NCBI RefSeq assembly: GCF_018977255.1
Contig: NW_024704742.1
Location: 15,066,001 to 15,130,000, forward strand
Length of the DNA: 64,000 nt
Origin: Callorhinchus milii
Lineage: Eukaryota
Reading direction: 5' to 3'
Below the pieces are notes generated by a model. That model was not told the DNA's origin. It worked only from the letters and a program-made list of their open reading frames with translations, and made no database searches. A program made the position numbers and the translations under genes. Shown one piece after another: positions 24,645 to 38,720 of this stretch. Each line of letters starts with the position of its first letter. The stretch's first letter is position 1.

Positions 24645-25371
24645 AACAGAGTGGACAATTATCTTGTATAAACTAAGCTATCCAAGTTAGTTTGCTTCAA
24701 ATGAAACTGTTTCACAAAAGCTACAGGACTCCATATAAAATGTCTGAGGTTGAATTAAAACCAGATGCCTCCCATTGGTGGTCTGCTCATGAAAGTAGAC
24801 TCCCTGTGCATTTATTGTAGAAATGTATCTCAAGGAAGAGCCCCACATCAGATCTGGAACCTGGAATCAGAACCAATTTGGTCTGAATTGTGGAATGTCA
24901 ACCACATTCCTAAGGTTACACCTTTAAGATACAGTTGGCATTTACTTGGAGGATAATAAATGATTGAAACTGATTGCCAAGAAGTGTGGTTGAGGCAAGG
25001 ACACTGGACTCATTTAAAAAGCAGTTTGGTACTGTGATGGGGGGATGGTAGGATGATTATTCTGGAGGGTTGAGATCATCATCATTCATCCAAACTAATC
25101 TTGTTCTTGTGATCTCCGTGTGCCCAAGTAAGCCCAACCAACATTCTCTTTAGCTCAGCATTATAATGGATAGTGCACAAGTGACTGCTGGCATGATGGA
25201 AGGAAATTCAATCACACGTTTTATAGTGGTGAAGTAGACATTTATTACAGTTCTGTGGATCAGATATTTGCATGTCCAAATACACCTGAAAAAGTTACTG
25301 CTTTCCCACTCCTGGACTCAGGACACATGTGTCTGCTTTTGAACCAATTCTACTTTTACTTTCTGAGATAC
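24645..25371 (-). pseudogene. Two decayed exons (25139-25371; 24645-24860)
   Basis: NWFKSRHMC and HYNAE, then VPDLMWGSSLRYISTIN (cf. EMLIWGGFKYIKQEN); gattccag acceptor, gtaaga donor, phase-0 join. Confidence 0.7.
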
Positions 25372-25948
25372 CTATAATACACCATTCATATTACCGAGAT
25401 TTTACATTCTTAAAGAGATATGCTTACCAGCATAGCCTTTCATTTTGGTGTCCATATGCCAGTCTCCAAGTCTCTCTCAGTGACCAGTGCAAACCTGCCA
25501 CAATTCAACTGCTTTAAAGCATCCATCTACTTTATCTGCTGCCTCTATATGTGCAAGTGTTTCTGGGGAAAAGTAGAGAGAAAAATAACAAGTAGTTGAA
25601 ATAAACATGATAATCAGGGATCTGTATACTTGTATTAATTGCATTAGTAATGATATAATAATAATAATCCTTGCATTTAGTATAGCACCTTGGATGTTGG
25701 GAGGACATCTCCAAGTGCTTTACACGATGTACTGTAAAGTGTGGTGGCTGTATTTGGATCTCAATGCAGCAGGGCATTTGTGTACAGCAATGTCTCACAA
25801 ACAGCCATGAAGTTCATGACCAAATTTATCTATTGATATGTAACTAAATAAACAATATACAATACAAATTATATTTATGTTGCGCCTTTCAACGTGAGTA
25901 CAAGGATCTTAAACTTGATGTGACTATCCTCTTCGGGGGGGTGGTAAG

Positions 25949-26620
25949 TGGAGCTGAACTGGCTGAATGTCGGAATCGAGCCAGCTCTCTGTGATTGTCT
26001 CAATAGTCCGGTTCCTGAGCCAGGCATGTCCGCAGTATTCCAGGGCACTATTGATGCCAGCACAACCAACCTTACTCATCGGCAGAACCTGGAAGAACAG
26101 ACCAGCCAATAGGGGCAGGGAGTCATCCCACTCAGGTCTGTTAACCCTGCAAGCCATAGCCCTAATGGGTAGGGTGGTCCTAGCTGGACAGGAGGTGGGA
26201 AAACTTGCCAGTTAGCAATATAATAATAATCCTTGCATTTGATATAGCGCCTTATCACATCTTTGAGACGTCTCAAAGTGCTTCACAGAATATACTGTAA
26301 AATGAATTGACTATATAATTTGTAGCCGAAAAATATGAATGGCAAGTTATGCAGTTTTAGCTGTTAGACTTCAGCAGTACCCCAATGGACGCTCTGGGGT
26401 CCCCAAGCCTTGGCTCTTGCCAACCTGCGCCTAATACTTTCCGGAATTAGGTAAACAGGAAGTGTCCCTCCAGGGAGAGAGTGCGCATTCCATTCCAACA
26501 ATCCATCTCTCGGATTTCCATGTTATGTGGGATAGATGGAAATCTCAGCTTGGTTTGGATACTTTTAAGCATAGTGATGGGTTTCCTCATGTATCAGACA
26601 CCAGGCTGACTAAACAAAAC
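25949..26620 (+). mobile_element. Family C copy with an inserted SINE tail (26217-26330, minus)
   Basis: C sequence breaks at aaacttgccag and resumes at atggcaag after the SINE 3' end. Confidence 0.8.
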
Positions 26621-26719
26621 TTGGTCCACTGAGGGATGGGGAGCCTAATTGTAGATATGGTCTTGTTTGAGGAGTGTGTATAGTCAATTTTCATCTCAAC
26701 TAATATTTATTTTGCTATT

Positions 26720-27145
26720 TGTTGAGACAAAGCATAAAAGCTAGAAGACTGGCTAGTAAGCCTTATTTCAGCACTTATAACAAAAAAGGGGAGAGGTGCT
26801 CCAGAGGTACAGATGCACTGAATCCTGTTTAACGTCAACATAGCTTCCCATCTGTAAGATATTTTACTAGATCATTTTTAAAATTCCGTGAACACTTCAA
26901 ATCCAATGAAATTTGCATTGAAAATAATTTGATCTTCTTGGTAATGTTGATCACAACCACATGATGGAAGGATGTTAAAATGACTTGAAAGAAATGAAGT
27001 AAATAGCATTGCTGTTCTTGACTCTAAATGCAGAACTAACTAACTTCTGTTTTACCTTATCACTAAGTGGTCAATTCTCCTCACAGGTAAAACAGCTCAG
27101 CACAGTTATGGAAATTCCTGCCTGCTCGTGTGACAAATTATCGAA
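26720..27145 (-). pseudogene. Two decayed Cys-tail exons (27056-27145; ~26720-26851)
   Basis: 90-bp phase 0-0 exon FDNLSHEQAGISITVLSCFTCEEN*PLSDK with AAG|gtaaaa donor; next exon tcttacag|MGS...SPLFCYKC. Confidence 0.7.
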
Positions 27146-27174
27146 CTTATAATAATAACATATCACAAACTTAT

Positions 27175-27589
27175 AATAATAATCCTATAATAATTGTTAC
27201 ATTTGGGATAACACCTTTCATGTCGGGAGCTGTTACAATGTATTTCACAGGATTTATATAATGTGCAGTCAATTAGCACACTTATGGCTGTCCCACAAAC
27301 AGCCATAAGTGAATAACCAATTTTTTTTAATTTGAGAAATTGTTGGCCAGGATAACGGGAGGAAACTCCTTTCCCCTTTTGAATAGTGTCATGGGATTTT
27401 AACATCCACCTGAACAGGCAAGCAAGGCTTCAGTTTAATGTCACATCCAAAGGATAGCACCTCCAACAATGCAGCACATGCACTGGAGTGTCAGCTTAGA
27501 TTATATGAGTTTCAGGTTCCAACGGGAAGCTTGATCCCACAACCTTCTGACTCAGAGGCGAGATTGCTACCAATTGAGCCAGGCTGACA
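27175..27589 (-). mobile_element. Full-length SINE B
   Basis: Ends ttgagccaggctgaca. Confidence 0.85.
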
Positions 27590-28104
27590 TGAGTGATGTG
27601 AATTGTCTTCCACTTCCATGACAGAAAACATTCCTTTACCAACAACAAAATACCATAAGGAAAACCTGACAAAAAGAAAATAGAAAAGTATATAAATTCC
27701 GAAGGAAAACAAACCAAACAAGAGCTGAAGAGAAGAAGCCAGCAAAAGGAAAAGTTGAGAAAGGTAAAAATAAATAGTAATGTTCATTTTCTTTTGTATG
27801 AATGCCAGCAGCTAGAGTTTAAGTGTATGCTGGTACTTCAATTATAAGCATTCCAGAAATAAAAATATTGGCAAAATATCAAGTTGTGGTTAGAAGTCCT
27901 TACATTTTTACCCACCGCTTTGAAAGATATGCTTATCTTCTACATCTTCAGATGTTCTTAAATATGAACAGAATGTAAGCAATATACCACCTGGAAAATA
28001 GGGAACATTGCCAGATTGTCCTGCCAAAACAGTGCAAAATGTTTAAAAAAAAGTGCAGAATTATAGCACTATTATTGCAATTGTAAAAAGCCAGTTTTAT
28101 TTAC

Positions 28105-29790
28105 CAATCTTTTATTTTCAAAAGACAAATTAAAGTAAACTCCTGATATATGATCACTTTGAGGAAAAATAGCCCAATAGATGGGGTGACTGTGTAGAGA
28201 CATGAATCCTCCAGGCTCACTAGTGGACACTGTGGCTGGGAGGACCTATACCGAAACACATTGTGCATGCACAAAGCGAGCAGCTGTCGATGTGTCAGTG
28301 CGGCCATCAGCGTATTTGTTAAAACTTGTTTGGGTTAAGTACAGTATAAGTATGGAATACGTTAAAACTCTTTTTGTTCATTTTGCTCATTTTAACAACC
28401 CAAATCACTCAGACTTTAACAATCCGACAGAACTTCACAGAAGGCAAAATTTCTACTCACAGAGATCTTGTCACAACAGACAAAACAGCCCAGCATATGG
28501 GTGGCTGAGAATAAGGGCGACCTTTACTCCTGGTACCAGGCCGCTCATCCTGAGAGTTCACTGAGCAGCCTCAGCTCGGTGGCTAAGTAGTTCAGGTAAG
28601 TTAGTTTTGTTGATATATCTGATATTTTACATACTGGGATGTGTAGAATGTGGTTTTATACCTTATACAATCCCTCGTGCCCTCTGTTCCACCATTGGTG
28701 GCCGCACTTTCAGTCACTTCACCCAAAAAACTCTGGAACGCTCTTCCTCTATTGCTCTGCCTTGTCCCTTCCATCCCCATCTTCAGGTCGTGCCTGAAGA
28801 CCTTCCTATACAATCTTGCCTACAGTCACCTCCCCCTCTCTCCGTGCTCTGCCACTGTCAAGCACTCTGAGAGACTACCCTGCATGAGGGGTGCTATATA
28901 AATGCAAATTGTTGTTGTTGTATAAGTGGGTGATAAAATAAAGGGGTTCCTTATTCACATTTTGCATGGGAAGAGGCTGAGATATTGACAGCATGATGAT
29001 ATGTCATGCAATGATATAAACCAGGGTCTTATTATCAGGAGTTCAATGTACTGTAAGTTAAAATTGCTTAGATGCTTTCCACAATGTAAATACAAAGCAT
29101 TCGCCTTAAACCAAATTTTATATCTGCACTCTGCAGATCAATAACTTGCAGCTACTCAAAACTCCAGTTCACCCTACAAAGATCTATAAGTGACTCGAAG
29201 TTAAGCCAAAGTCAACATTATTACTGTTTTGTCTAATAACACATATGGCACAGAACTAACTCCCTTCTTCTCCTGTCACTAAGTACTCAATTATTCTCAC
29301 AGATGAAGCTGTAATGATAGCTCTTACCTGCATGTGTAACTCCCAGTTACACTCCCAGTTTGAAACCCACAGAAATGTTCAACCTTCAATCACTCAAAAA
29401 ATCAATATATTGCAGTTTTTAATGGAATATTGTGAATTCTAATGGGAGTCCAGAAATAAGAAAATTGAGTGGAATTCTTTCTAGCAACCAGATGTGTGTC
29501 ATACTGATCCTTGAAAGGTGGTTGCTTTAAAAAGGTGGTTGCGTTGGACCAGATTTGGCATAATGTAATTCTGAGTTTCTTATTAAGAAATCCCATTTGA
29601 AATCAACCTGCTTCCTGATTCTGTTCCCCTAAATTATGTTTCTACTACTCTGGTTTCATCTGCAGAACCAGTAGTTTTGTCTGAAACTCCATCCGAAAGT
29701 CATTTGATTCATTATATCTTTATATTTTCCACAGTAGCTCCCAGTTTTCGTATTATCTTTGTGTCTGCTGCCACTATTAGTTCATAGTTG
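28105..29790 (-). pseudogene. Two decayed exons (29328-~29790; 28105-28618)
   Basis: IHNIPL..KVEH, then CAG|gtaaga donor in phase 2 joining R-YINKTNL..HRAEAAQ*TLRM; DGRTDTSTAARFVHAQC; GVYFNLSFENKRL|gtaaat. Confidence 0.7.
28665..28921 (+). mobile_element. L2 3' end
   Basis: LWNALP..FRSCLKTFL; gctatataaatgcaaattgttgttg tail. Confidence 0.85.
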
Positions 29791-30647
29791 ATAGATTTGT
29801 AGGAAGTTTGGGACATATGTGCATGCGACTGCCAGGAAGGCAGAAGGTGAACAAGATGACCTTGGTCTTTTTCATCTAGCATTTACAATGTTCTTATGGT
29901 GCCCAAGCTTTCAGATTCCACTCCCCCTAACCTCTGAACAGCTCCAACTACGCCTCCGTCTCACCCCCTCTGTATCCCACTTTAAAACATACCTCTTCGA
30001 CTTTGTCTTGGTCACCTCCTGTCTCTCATCTCTCCACTCCTCAGCGACTCACCCATCACTGTATAATATCCCTGAGATATGTGAAAGTATCTATATAAAA
30101 TCAACTTGTTGCCCTGCTTCATCCCTTCAGCTCTCACCCACAGATCGGGTACCCAGCAAGAATTGTCAAGTGCTTTGGGACATCTTGCCGATGTGAAAGG
30201 TGTTGTAGAAATGTAAATTGTATTGTGTAGCTTTTAACTTGTTGTTGAATCTCAAGCTAAGCCTTTTGAACCTCCTCTTATTGTACAGAAGCAAGCAGAG
30301 GTTAGACTTTAGAGTTAGTAACTTTCTCCCACCCTGCGCTCCATTGCCAGCAATTTCCTGCATTTCTTCATCACCGACATCTGCTGACAAGCATCCCTTT
30401 GCTCTTTAGGAAAGCTCACTATCAGAGCCACTTATTCTACCCTACCAGAATTTATTTCCTTCCTCTGAGATCTCAACTCTTGACATGAAAATTGTAATGC
30501 TGTCAGTCTGACTTAGGAAGGAAGACCCATGCCTGTTACTATAGGGATTCAAAAATTTAATTTATGTTATCATACAACTATTAGATCAAAAGCAAACGTT
30601 TATAGCAGCCCCCAATGTCAACCAACTTTCCTTTAATCCTGATTAAC

Positions 30648-33504
30648 CTGCACCAGATATTCTGTGTGAGGGAGGAGCTGTACAGCATCAATCAATTGTA
30701 GGAACATGAATATCGCTTGCGTCTTCAAGACATTTGAACCCACTTTCAACAGCTTTCAATAATGTATACATGATACATCAATCTTTTTTTCTAATTGGCT
30801 TAATATCTTTCATTACCTCTGCCAACATTGCTAAACATCACCATTACCACCACTGATTTTTTGTTTGCAACGTTGTGACAAAGGGCTTTTAAAAATTACT
30901 ACTTCGCTAGAGCTGTATAATAATAGAACCAGCTGACAGTGATTTGCAGTAAAGACATGCAGTTAAAGACATGGTTATAAAGACATAATATTAGTAATGT
31001 GATTCAAACTGAATTCAAAATCTCAGTGGGTCAACCAGAATTTGGTGAATACCAATATTTTCCATAATTCTGAGGTGAGAGTTTGCCAGTTTCTTTTAAT
31101 AATAATAATCCTTGCATTTGATACAGCGTCTTATCACGTCGTCGAGATGTCTCAAAGCACTTCACAGGATATACACTTTGAAATATATATATAATATTAT
31201 ATATATATAAAGTCTTTCGAAAGTTGAAGTGTATATAGAAACATATTCCATGGCCTTCTGTGCAGGGTGTGGTGCCTTTTCGCTTTATTGCAGTATTTTC
31301 TCTCATTTTAATAAGCATTTATGAAACTATCGACTATCATTCATATTATCCTTGAAATCTTACATCTGGGGTCTCACCAGCTCTGCTTTCCTCACCTTTG
31401 TAACATTGTCTATCTTCATTATTACCTCTTCCCCAAGATTGTTAAGACCCTATCTACACCTTCATCCAACCCAGGCTCGATTATCCAATGCTTTGCTTAT
31501 TGGACTCCCTTGCACCTTCCTACGCAGAGTCTCAACTACGTGGAGTCTTGTAGCTCAGTGGTTAGAGCATTTGCCTTGCAAGCGAAACACTTGGTTCAAT
31601 TCCGGGCAGGGCGAAACCTTGGGCAAGTTTCCTTACTCCACACGCCTAATAATAATCCCTCCAAAACAAAATAATAATAAATTGGATCTTTTCAGTCCAC
31701 GACTGTTTGTGGGACACTGCTGTGCACAATTGGCTGCTGCATTTTGCCCACAAGTGTACAGTCAATTCACTTTACAGTATACTCTGTGAAATGCTTTGAG
31801 ACGTCTAGAAGATGTGAAAAGCACTATATCAAATGCAAGGATTATTATTACACAAGTTGCAGACCAACCAAAAATCTACAGCTTGTGTCCACACTAGGCT
31901 CATTTCTATAATTACTTGCTACCAGTTATAGTTATATTAATAAAGGTAGATGCTGTTATTGCTAAGAATGAATACCTGACAATATGACAAGGAGAGAATA
32001 TCTATTTCTTAACAGTCTAACGACAAAGATGCCTCATATTTCCCAGGGCTTGTGGGAATATTTAGGAAGATGCTTTGCTGGAATTTTCCCACATGACAAA
32101 GACTCGTACGTATTCGTCCACCCAACAGATTTGAGGCATTTATTGACTTTGGAGAATTTCTCCTCCTATTCATGTTAAGGTCTAATTACTGAGTGTGTAA
32201 TAATGCTGATGGAACAGTTTGTCTGTGTGTGTGTGTGTGTGTGAGGACGCGCAGTGGAGGAGGGGGGTTTACAATCTGTAAATTATCTCATTAAATAAGC
32301 AACAACTTGCATTTATATAGCACCCTACAGGCAGGATAGTATCTTGGTGTGCTGAAGGTGGACACTGAGCAAGGGAGAAGGGGGAGGTTATTACAGATGC
32401 GGTTAAAGAGGTAGGTCTTAAGGTGGGGTTTAAAGTTAGATAAACATCTAATTATCTCCACCAGCAAAAATCTTCACGATAAGTAGCTCACAACACAGTT
32501 AAACTATTTTATTTTTCATTAAAGAAATTTGTCTGCAGCTCTATGGTTACACAATTGTTTTTGTTTACCAAAGTACCGCACACTTTCCAAACCTCCATCT
32601 AACAGGCCCACAGTCTGCAAATTTAGCTGTCACAGACATGCTTCCGCTGCCTTCTACTCACTCTTCTATATGCATTCCTAGAGCAGAGCTTCATTAAGTT
32701 TAAATGTCAGACCCACATTGATTGCCATTGCAGGACTCTCGCATGCAGTGACCTCTTCACACCCACATCATTGAACTTTCTTCTGCCCCGACTAAAAACC
32801 CTCCTGAGCTCTGCACTCAGAAGTCCAATCATAGACATGATGTACAAAACTGTAACTAAACTAATTTAATTCCAAGGAATTATACCTAATGTTTAATCAA
32901 AAATCCCCAAATAGTGTATTGGACAAACATAAAAGTACTTGGCATCAATTTATTAAATGTGAAATTAAAATGCAAAACTAGAGTGCTTACACCATCCACT
33001 TACACCTGTAATACTTGAGCTTTTCTCTCTCTCTCTCTCTTGCTCTTAGTTTGCATGGAGGATAAATTGTGTGTTCCAACAGTTTTTTCACGATTACCCA
33101 ATGCATCTATCTGTTGTTCTGTTGAATGAAACAGAAAATTCATGGTAAGATTTTAGTATGTTAATACAAGTTCTTTTGAGGTGAATATTCCTGAGAAGTA
33201 GATCAAATTTTGTGGCAAAGAAGCTATATATTTAGTAGGAACAGACTGTATTGCCTCAATTGTTCCCAGATTGCAGTAATTACAACCAGACACACCGCTT
33301 GCTTCTCATGATCTGTTTTTATTGTATCCAAATGTTTTCTCGTAAAACAGACACTACTTCAGCAAACTACTTTATTACTATTATTTGGAGAACATCACAA
33401 TTTTGGGCTTTCATGAAAAAGCACATAAAAATGGGAAAGATCACTGTTGCATTAATGTTAGACTATATAACGGGGCTGGGACTATTCGCTGTGTTCACTG
33501 TTCT
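30648..33504 (-). pseudogene. Decayed exons (33098-33504; 31976-32165; 30648-31069)
   Basis: SVLRENIWI (tail), ICWVDEYVRVF, ERY*AN*KKRLM/TLLKAVESGFKC; AG/GT sites at the segment ends. Confidence 0.55.
31541..31850 (+). mobile_element. Full-length SINE A inside an old L2 fragment (~31360-31900)
   Basis: Near-identical to 1343-1663. Confidence 0.9.
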
Positions 33505-34087
33505 CTGTATCCAAAGTGAACAATAAATAGACAATATAATTCTGAATATGTCTTTTATTGTGTTTAAGTGACTTACAAAATTGTGGCATTTCACTGCGCA
33601 TTCTTTGCATTGTGTACCATGGGGGTACGCTCAAAATAATAATTGCTCCTTGGATGTTAGACTTGCATCTGTTTGTGGACAAAAGGGCATGCCGATGAAA
33701 AAGCACCTCATTAACACTGCTTCACTCAAATTTACGATGTAACAGATTTCTAACTCACTGGAAAACATTTACAGTTGTGGAAATGTTACACTTATTTTTC
33801 AGATCTATCCATCTGTTTAGTGACATTGCAGATCAGTTCTTTGAAAGGGAAGCTTTACAAAATAATAATACTTGCATTTGGTAAAGCTCTTTGACGTGGG
33901 GAGCACATCTCACAGCACTTCACTGGAGATTGACTGTGAATTGTAATAACCGGGAATTGTGCTGGTGAATGTCATCAGCAATATTAACCAGTAGTTTTCA
34001 AATCAGTTGTTAAAGGAATAATTTAGCTTGTCAATGGAGGATGCAAGCGATGGAAAGAGGAATGCGTCCAAATTTGCATTACCACTA

Positions 34088-34892
34088 AGGTGTCTGATAT
34101 GTGAGGAAACCCATCACTATGCTTAAGAGTATCCAAACCAAAGTGAAATACCTTGGCATCTCACTACATGGAGACTCTTGGTATATTGGAATGGAATGCA
34201 CTGTCTCTCTGGAGGGAGGCATCATGCTCAGTGGATAGAGCACTTACCTCGCAAGCGAGAGAGCTGGGTTTGATTCCCGGCCAAGCTTCTTTATTCCACA
34301 CTTTATTCTTTATTTACCTAGCGGTAGGTAAAGGTAGGTAAAGATCCTCCTTTTTGATCATGCCTTTAGCCACCCTCCTACCCACACTGCTCTCCCTCAT
34401 CCCAACCTTGCCCCCCACGCTCAGGTCCTGATCCCTGACTGTTCAGCGCCTTGGACGTCCTCACAATGTGAAAGGCGCTTTACAGATGTAATTTTGTTGT
34501 TGTAAGTAGGAACCCGGTTATTAGTCGATTGTAGGATTGTCTTTCTGGGGATAATAATCCCTCAAAAAAACAATAATAATTTGGTCACCCAATCCACAAC
34601 TGTTTGTGGGACACTGCTGTTAACAATTGGCTGCCCCGTTTCGCTACAAATATACAGTCAAATCACTTTACAGTATATTCTGTGAAGTGCTTTGAGAAGT
34701 CTAGAAGATGTGAAAAACGCTATAACAAATGCAAGGATTATTATATTATATACCTAATTCCAGAGAGTATTAGATGCAGATTGGCAAGAGCCAAGACTCC
34801 AGAGTGAGTGCTGGTGTCTAACCAGTTAGAACCACATAGCTTGTCTGATAAGGTCTCCTGCTGTTTGTCCAGCTAGGACCAGTTCAGCTCCA
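34088..34892. mobile_element. Nested composite: family C (minus) > SINE A (34216-34750, plus) > L2 3' end (34343-34503, plus)
   Basis: Each host sequence resumes colinearly after its insert. Confidence 0.8.
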
Positions 34893-35057
34893 AGGAGATC
34901 CTACTTGCCAACCTCCAAGGAGGATAGTCACTAGTTGGTCATTTGACATCCAACAAGAACAAAGCAATTAAAATATGCTTGTATTCAATCATCCTCCAGA
35001 AGGTGATAAGACTGCGAACTGTGTTAGGAGTGCTGGGGATAAGTCTTCATGAGTCAC

Positions 35058-36050
35058 CTATTTTGTAACCAATGTGTTTGGCTCCCATACTGGCAGCCAT
35101 TAGAATGCCCAAGGAGGAGTGGGAAGAACAGAAGAGAAATCGTTGAAGTAGATTGAATCTGGAGGATAGGCTTTATAGGATGATTGTATGGGAATCTTAT
35201 AAAGGTGAATAATATTGCAAACTAGGATTGAGAAAGTAAACGTGGAACAATACTATGAGATTTCCTACAGACATCCAATCTATGAGCCGTATTAGCTTTG
35301 CCTTCAATACCAAAGTTGTACCACGTTTAAATGGTACTGTACTAAGATGGAAGGACAGATAATATTTAATATATATATTTCTTGACAGTAACGTATTTGT
35401 TTATGTGACATTACATAACTCTTAAAGGGCTTTTACTGTAGGACAAATGTTACATAAGTTAAAACGTGTATTGATTACTGGGCCTTCTGTTGGAAATGGG
35501 AAACATCTCTATTAAAAAAGAGGCTGAAGATAATAATTCTGTAATTACTGGGTTCTACTGTAGTCTTTCATGTTTGCATAGAGTTTGCCTGAAATTGAAA
35601 TTTTATACTAAATGTTTTGTGTTCTACACCCTCAAACCTATGGGTTAACTAGAAAATTTATTAAACAATTCCGTTAATGTAAAGTACTCAGGAGCAATGA
35701 GTTGTGAGAATATTCATATAGTGACTCTAGTGTTTCTTAAGCAGCACACATGCTAGTGCCTAGTTCATTTGAAGAGTTTTTAGACAATGTGGTATGAATT
35801 TAGACAAGCAACTAACTACTGTATTAGTTACTTGGCTGCAAGACGTGTTGGAATTATTTTCGGATATTTATTTGGAATGTTATTAATGTCATATATTTCA
35901 CTGCAGCTTTGGCTGGTGGTAAACTGCAATTAATCAACAACAGTGACCTTTATTGAAGCCAGATAAGGCCAGCAACTGAGGCCACTGGGGCCATTAATGA
36001 AGGTATGCGGGACCCTGTGTCAACCTTCAAGCCAAACAAAGCCCAAGGTT
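35058..36050 (-). pseudogene. Two decayed exons (35948-36050; 35058-35264)
   Basis: VPHTFINGPSGLSCWP (cf. PTYVFINSERLTCDSP); GNLIVLFHVYF with ctgtag acceptor and AG|gtgact donor. Confidence 0.55.
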
Positions 36051-36120
36051 CCAGAAGAATTGAATTAGTCTAACCCTTAAACACTCATTGCACACAATTC
36101 AATAGCGTCCACAAACTGAT

Positions 36121-36366
36121 GGGTAGAAATTCCATCTGGGCTCAGGTTTACTCTATTAGTGTAATATTTCAAAGGTGCAGAATTTGCAAATTTTGGCAAA
36201 TTGTTGATTCAGTTTTAACTTTGAAGCTGTTTCTCTTTAGTTCTTAAAGAACTCACAGAAAGATGGCTTTAAAATTAAAGACTGTACTGAAGATGTTGAT
36301 GAATTTTGGATGTTCTGAAATGCTATGTTGATAGAATAAACCTAGACCCAGATGGAATTTATACCT
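36121..36366. mobile_element. Palindromic MITE-like family D, best copy
   Basis: gggtagaaattccatctggg ... cccagatggaatttatacct; symmetric about ttcttaaagaa. Confidence 0.8.
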
Positions 36367-36949
36367 AAGTATTACTGTACTTTTTTTCAAGCACAATGCA
36401 ATCAGATAGCTTCACAAAACGTGCATGTGTGTAACTCTTAGTGATGCAGTTTTTCTAAAGAGGTAATCCTCTTTATATTAATATCATTTACCACAAAACA
36501 CATAGTCACTGCACTTTGACATGAAACTTCAATCCACAACCTTCTGACACATAGGCAAGAGTGCTACAAACTGAGCCAAGATGACATCTGGCAAGATGGG
36601 CTGGTATTAACCCCTACATCACACAGAGTAATGGACCATGGTGAGTTCCTAATGTTAACTAACTGAACATGAGTGACAATGCCCCTTTGAGATATTATGC
36701 TTCTCATCGGTGAGGGAGGACAACTACACAGCAAATTAACCTGCACGTCCTAATGACTTGCTGTAAACATTATTGACTGAGACAATACTCAGGACTGGTT
36801 TAACTGTGGGAAGGCAAAGAGTACAAACTATTGAAAATAGAGATTATTATTAATAGAGAGGAAATGGATTTTGAAAATGCATTTTTTAAAAATCCTTGAA
36901 GATGAATATAATTTCAAACTAAAAACTGGTCTGGTCAAAATCCTACACT

Positions 36950-38720
36950 GCTAATTTTGCTTAACATGGCAGATGTTTTAAAATTCAAATGTAATACATT
37001 GCAACTTATCCGCAAACCAGTAATTGGCTTGCCTCCTATCAGAAGAGATAGATCTTATCAAATCAATCGGGTCTCCTTTAATCATCCAAACATTTCCATT
37101 TATGCTTAGCTGGCTTCAAAGGCTGGGTCCCATTAATGAACCACTGAAGGGTTGTGAGAAACTCTTTCTCAACTGTACTAAAGAATAACTTCAATTCTTC
37201 AGACTCTGAAGTGAAGCCTTTCTTCAGTAGACAAGTAGACAAGGGTGTTGTGGATGAATAGTTATTTGAAGCAGTCAAAATATGTGAGAAGGGCTAATAA
37301 TCCTCATGAATATGCATTGAATGCCAGATTGACACAATGTAGCTTCATTATGTTCAACAACATATCTCCAACATGCCTAAATTTGGGCATTGGCTAGCAG
37401 AAACATTCTGCTGTCCTGATTCTTTACAGTGAAACACATGTGAACCCAGATAGCAATCACCAGGAATGCTAACATCGGTTATAAGGAAGCCAAATATCTG
37501 GGAGAGCTTTAATAATTAATTCTAAAGTTACTGGTTTCTATATTATCCCTGTCCTTGGCTGATTTCACTGGTTCAAAGAATCCAACTTAATCAAAATGCA
37601 GGTTGCACTGCAACTGTTGTGCATGCTATCTACAGAATGCACCTCATCAACACACCAACCTTGCTCTGACAATGCTCATCAGCCCTGCCCAGTGGAGAAT
37701 CACTCCTGTGGTTGCATAATTGACCAAGATATTGTCTTTGGGCAGAGAGTTTTTTTTCAGGTATATTGGTGGTGCAGTTAACCCCCTCCCCAAAAATAAA
37801 CAACATTTTCAGTGGAATCTTTCAGCAATGGAATGTTCACCTGACATCTGGCAAGGAAGGGAGTGTGAGCACCAAGTACACAATGGTCCTACATTGCTGA
37901 GTATTTACACAGTCAAATGGTATGTTTGGATACTGTTTTGATGGCTGTACTTCAATATTCTGCAACTGGCAACTCTCAGAAACCATTTGCTAGTCCCAAG
38001 CGAGGTTGTGTGTTAATCTTGGAATAAAAGATAGGCTCTTGGTCCCTTTTCCCACATGTTCTATAGAATTTTGTGGCTTGTATTAGTGTCCTAGTGGCTA
38101 GGAAAATGTGTTTGTCTTTGTTTTTCTTTCCTTTCTCAGTGACAGATTTCTGCTTGGTTGAGCTCCAAATTATATGTTGTGTCCATTGCTTATGTGTCCT
38201 TGTTTGCACTTTCATTCTGTTGCATTTTTAGCTTCTTCATGTTGCCATGAATCTGATTGATGCAATTTGTTGCATGTAAAAGGCATCATCAGAGTTCTAT
38301 TCAGAAATGTTGGTAAATGGTTTGGTCATTTAAAAATTAATGCTATGTTTGAGTCCTGAGTTTTAAGATGCATTTTGTACATTAAAAAACAAATTGGTCT
38401 CAAGATTTCAATGGATACTAAATTTACCAGCAATCTCGACTTGGCCAGAATATCATAAGATCATGCCAATGGATGATTCGTCCTTGTTCAGAGTTGCTCC
38501 TGGCAATCCTATCCTTTAGAAACGAGTTCAATTTTATTTCCAAAACTAGTGAACAAGGCCAATTTAAAACCTCATTAAAGGATATTAAAGAACAATTCAT
38601 GCAGCTATAAACAATGAAGACTCATCTAAAAGGAATTTGTATTGCACCAGTAAGCTAATAACCAGAAGTTAAAGTATCAGGACTGGAAGTGAAAAGTACA
38701 GAAGAATATGTTACCCAAGT
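36950..38720 (-). pseudogene. Long decayed coding stretch with two module cores and a preceding tail
   Basis: VFIVYSCMNC; PFTCNK..SW; KQWTQHII; QPRLGLAN/WFLRVA; QQCRTIV; LKLFFSTVEKEF..WFINGTQP; INGNVWMIKG..DRRQANYWF. Confidence 0.7.

Noticed and set aside
31321-31789. ORFs of 117 and 145 aa (also 63155..63589 and 7306..7647)
   Set aside because: They lie within L2/SINE sequence.
36564-36746. ORF 36564..36746 as another exon
   Set aside because: No module motif, and it partly overlaps a SINE B head.
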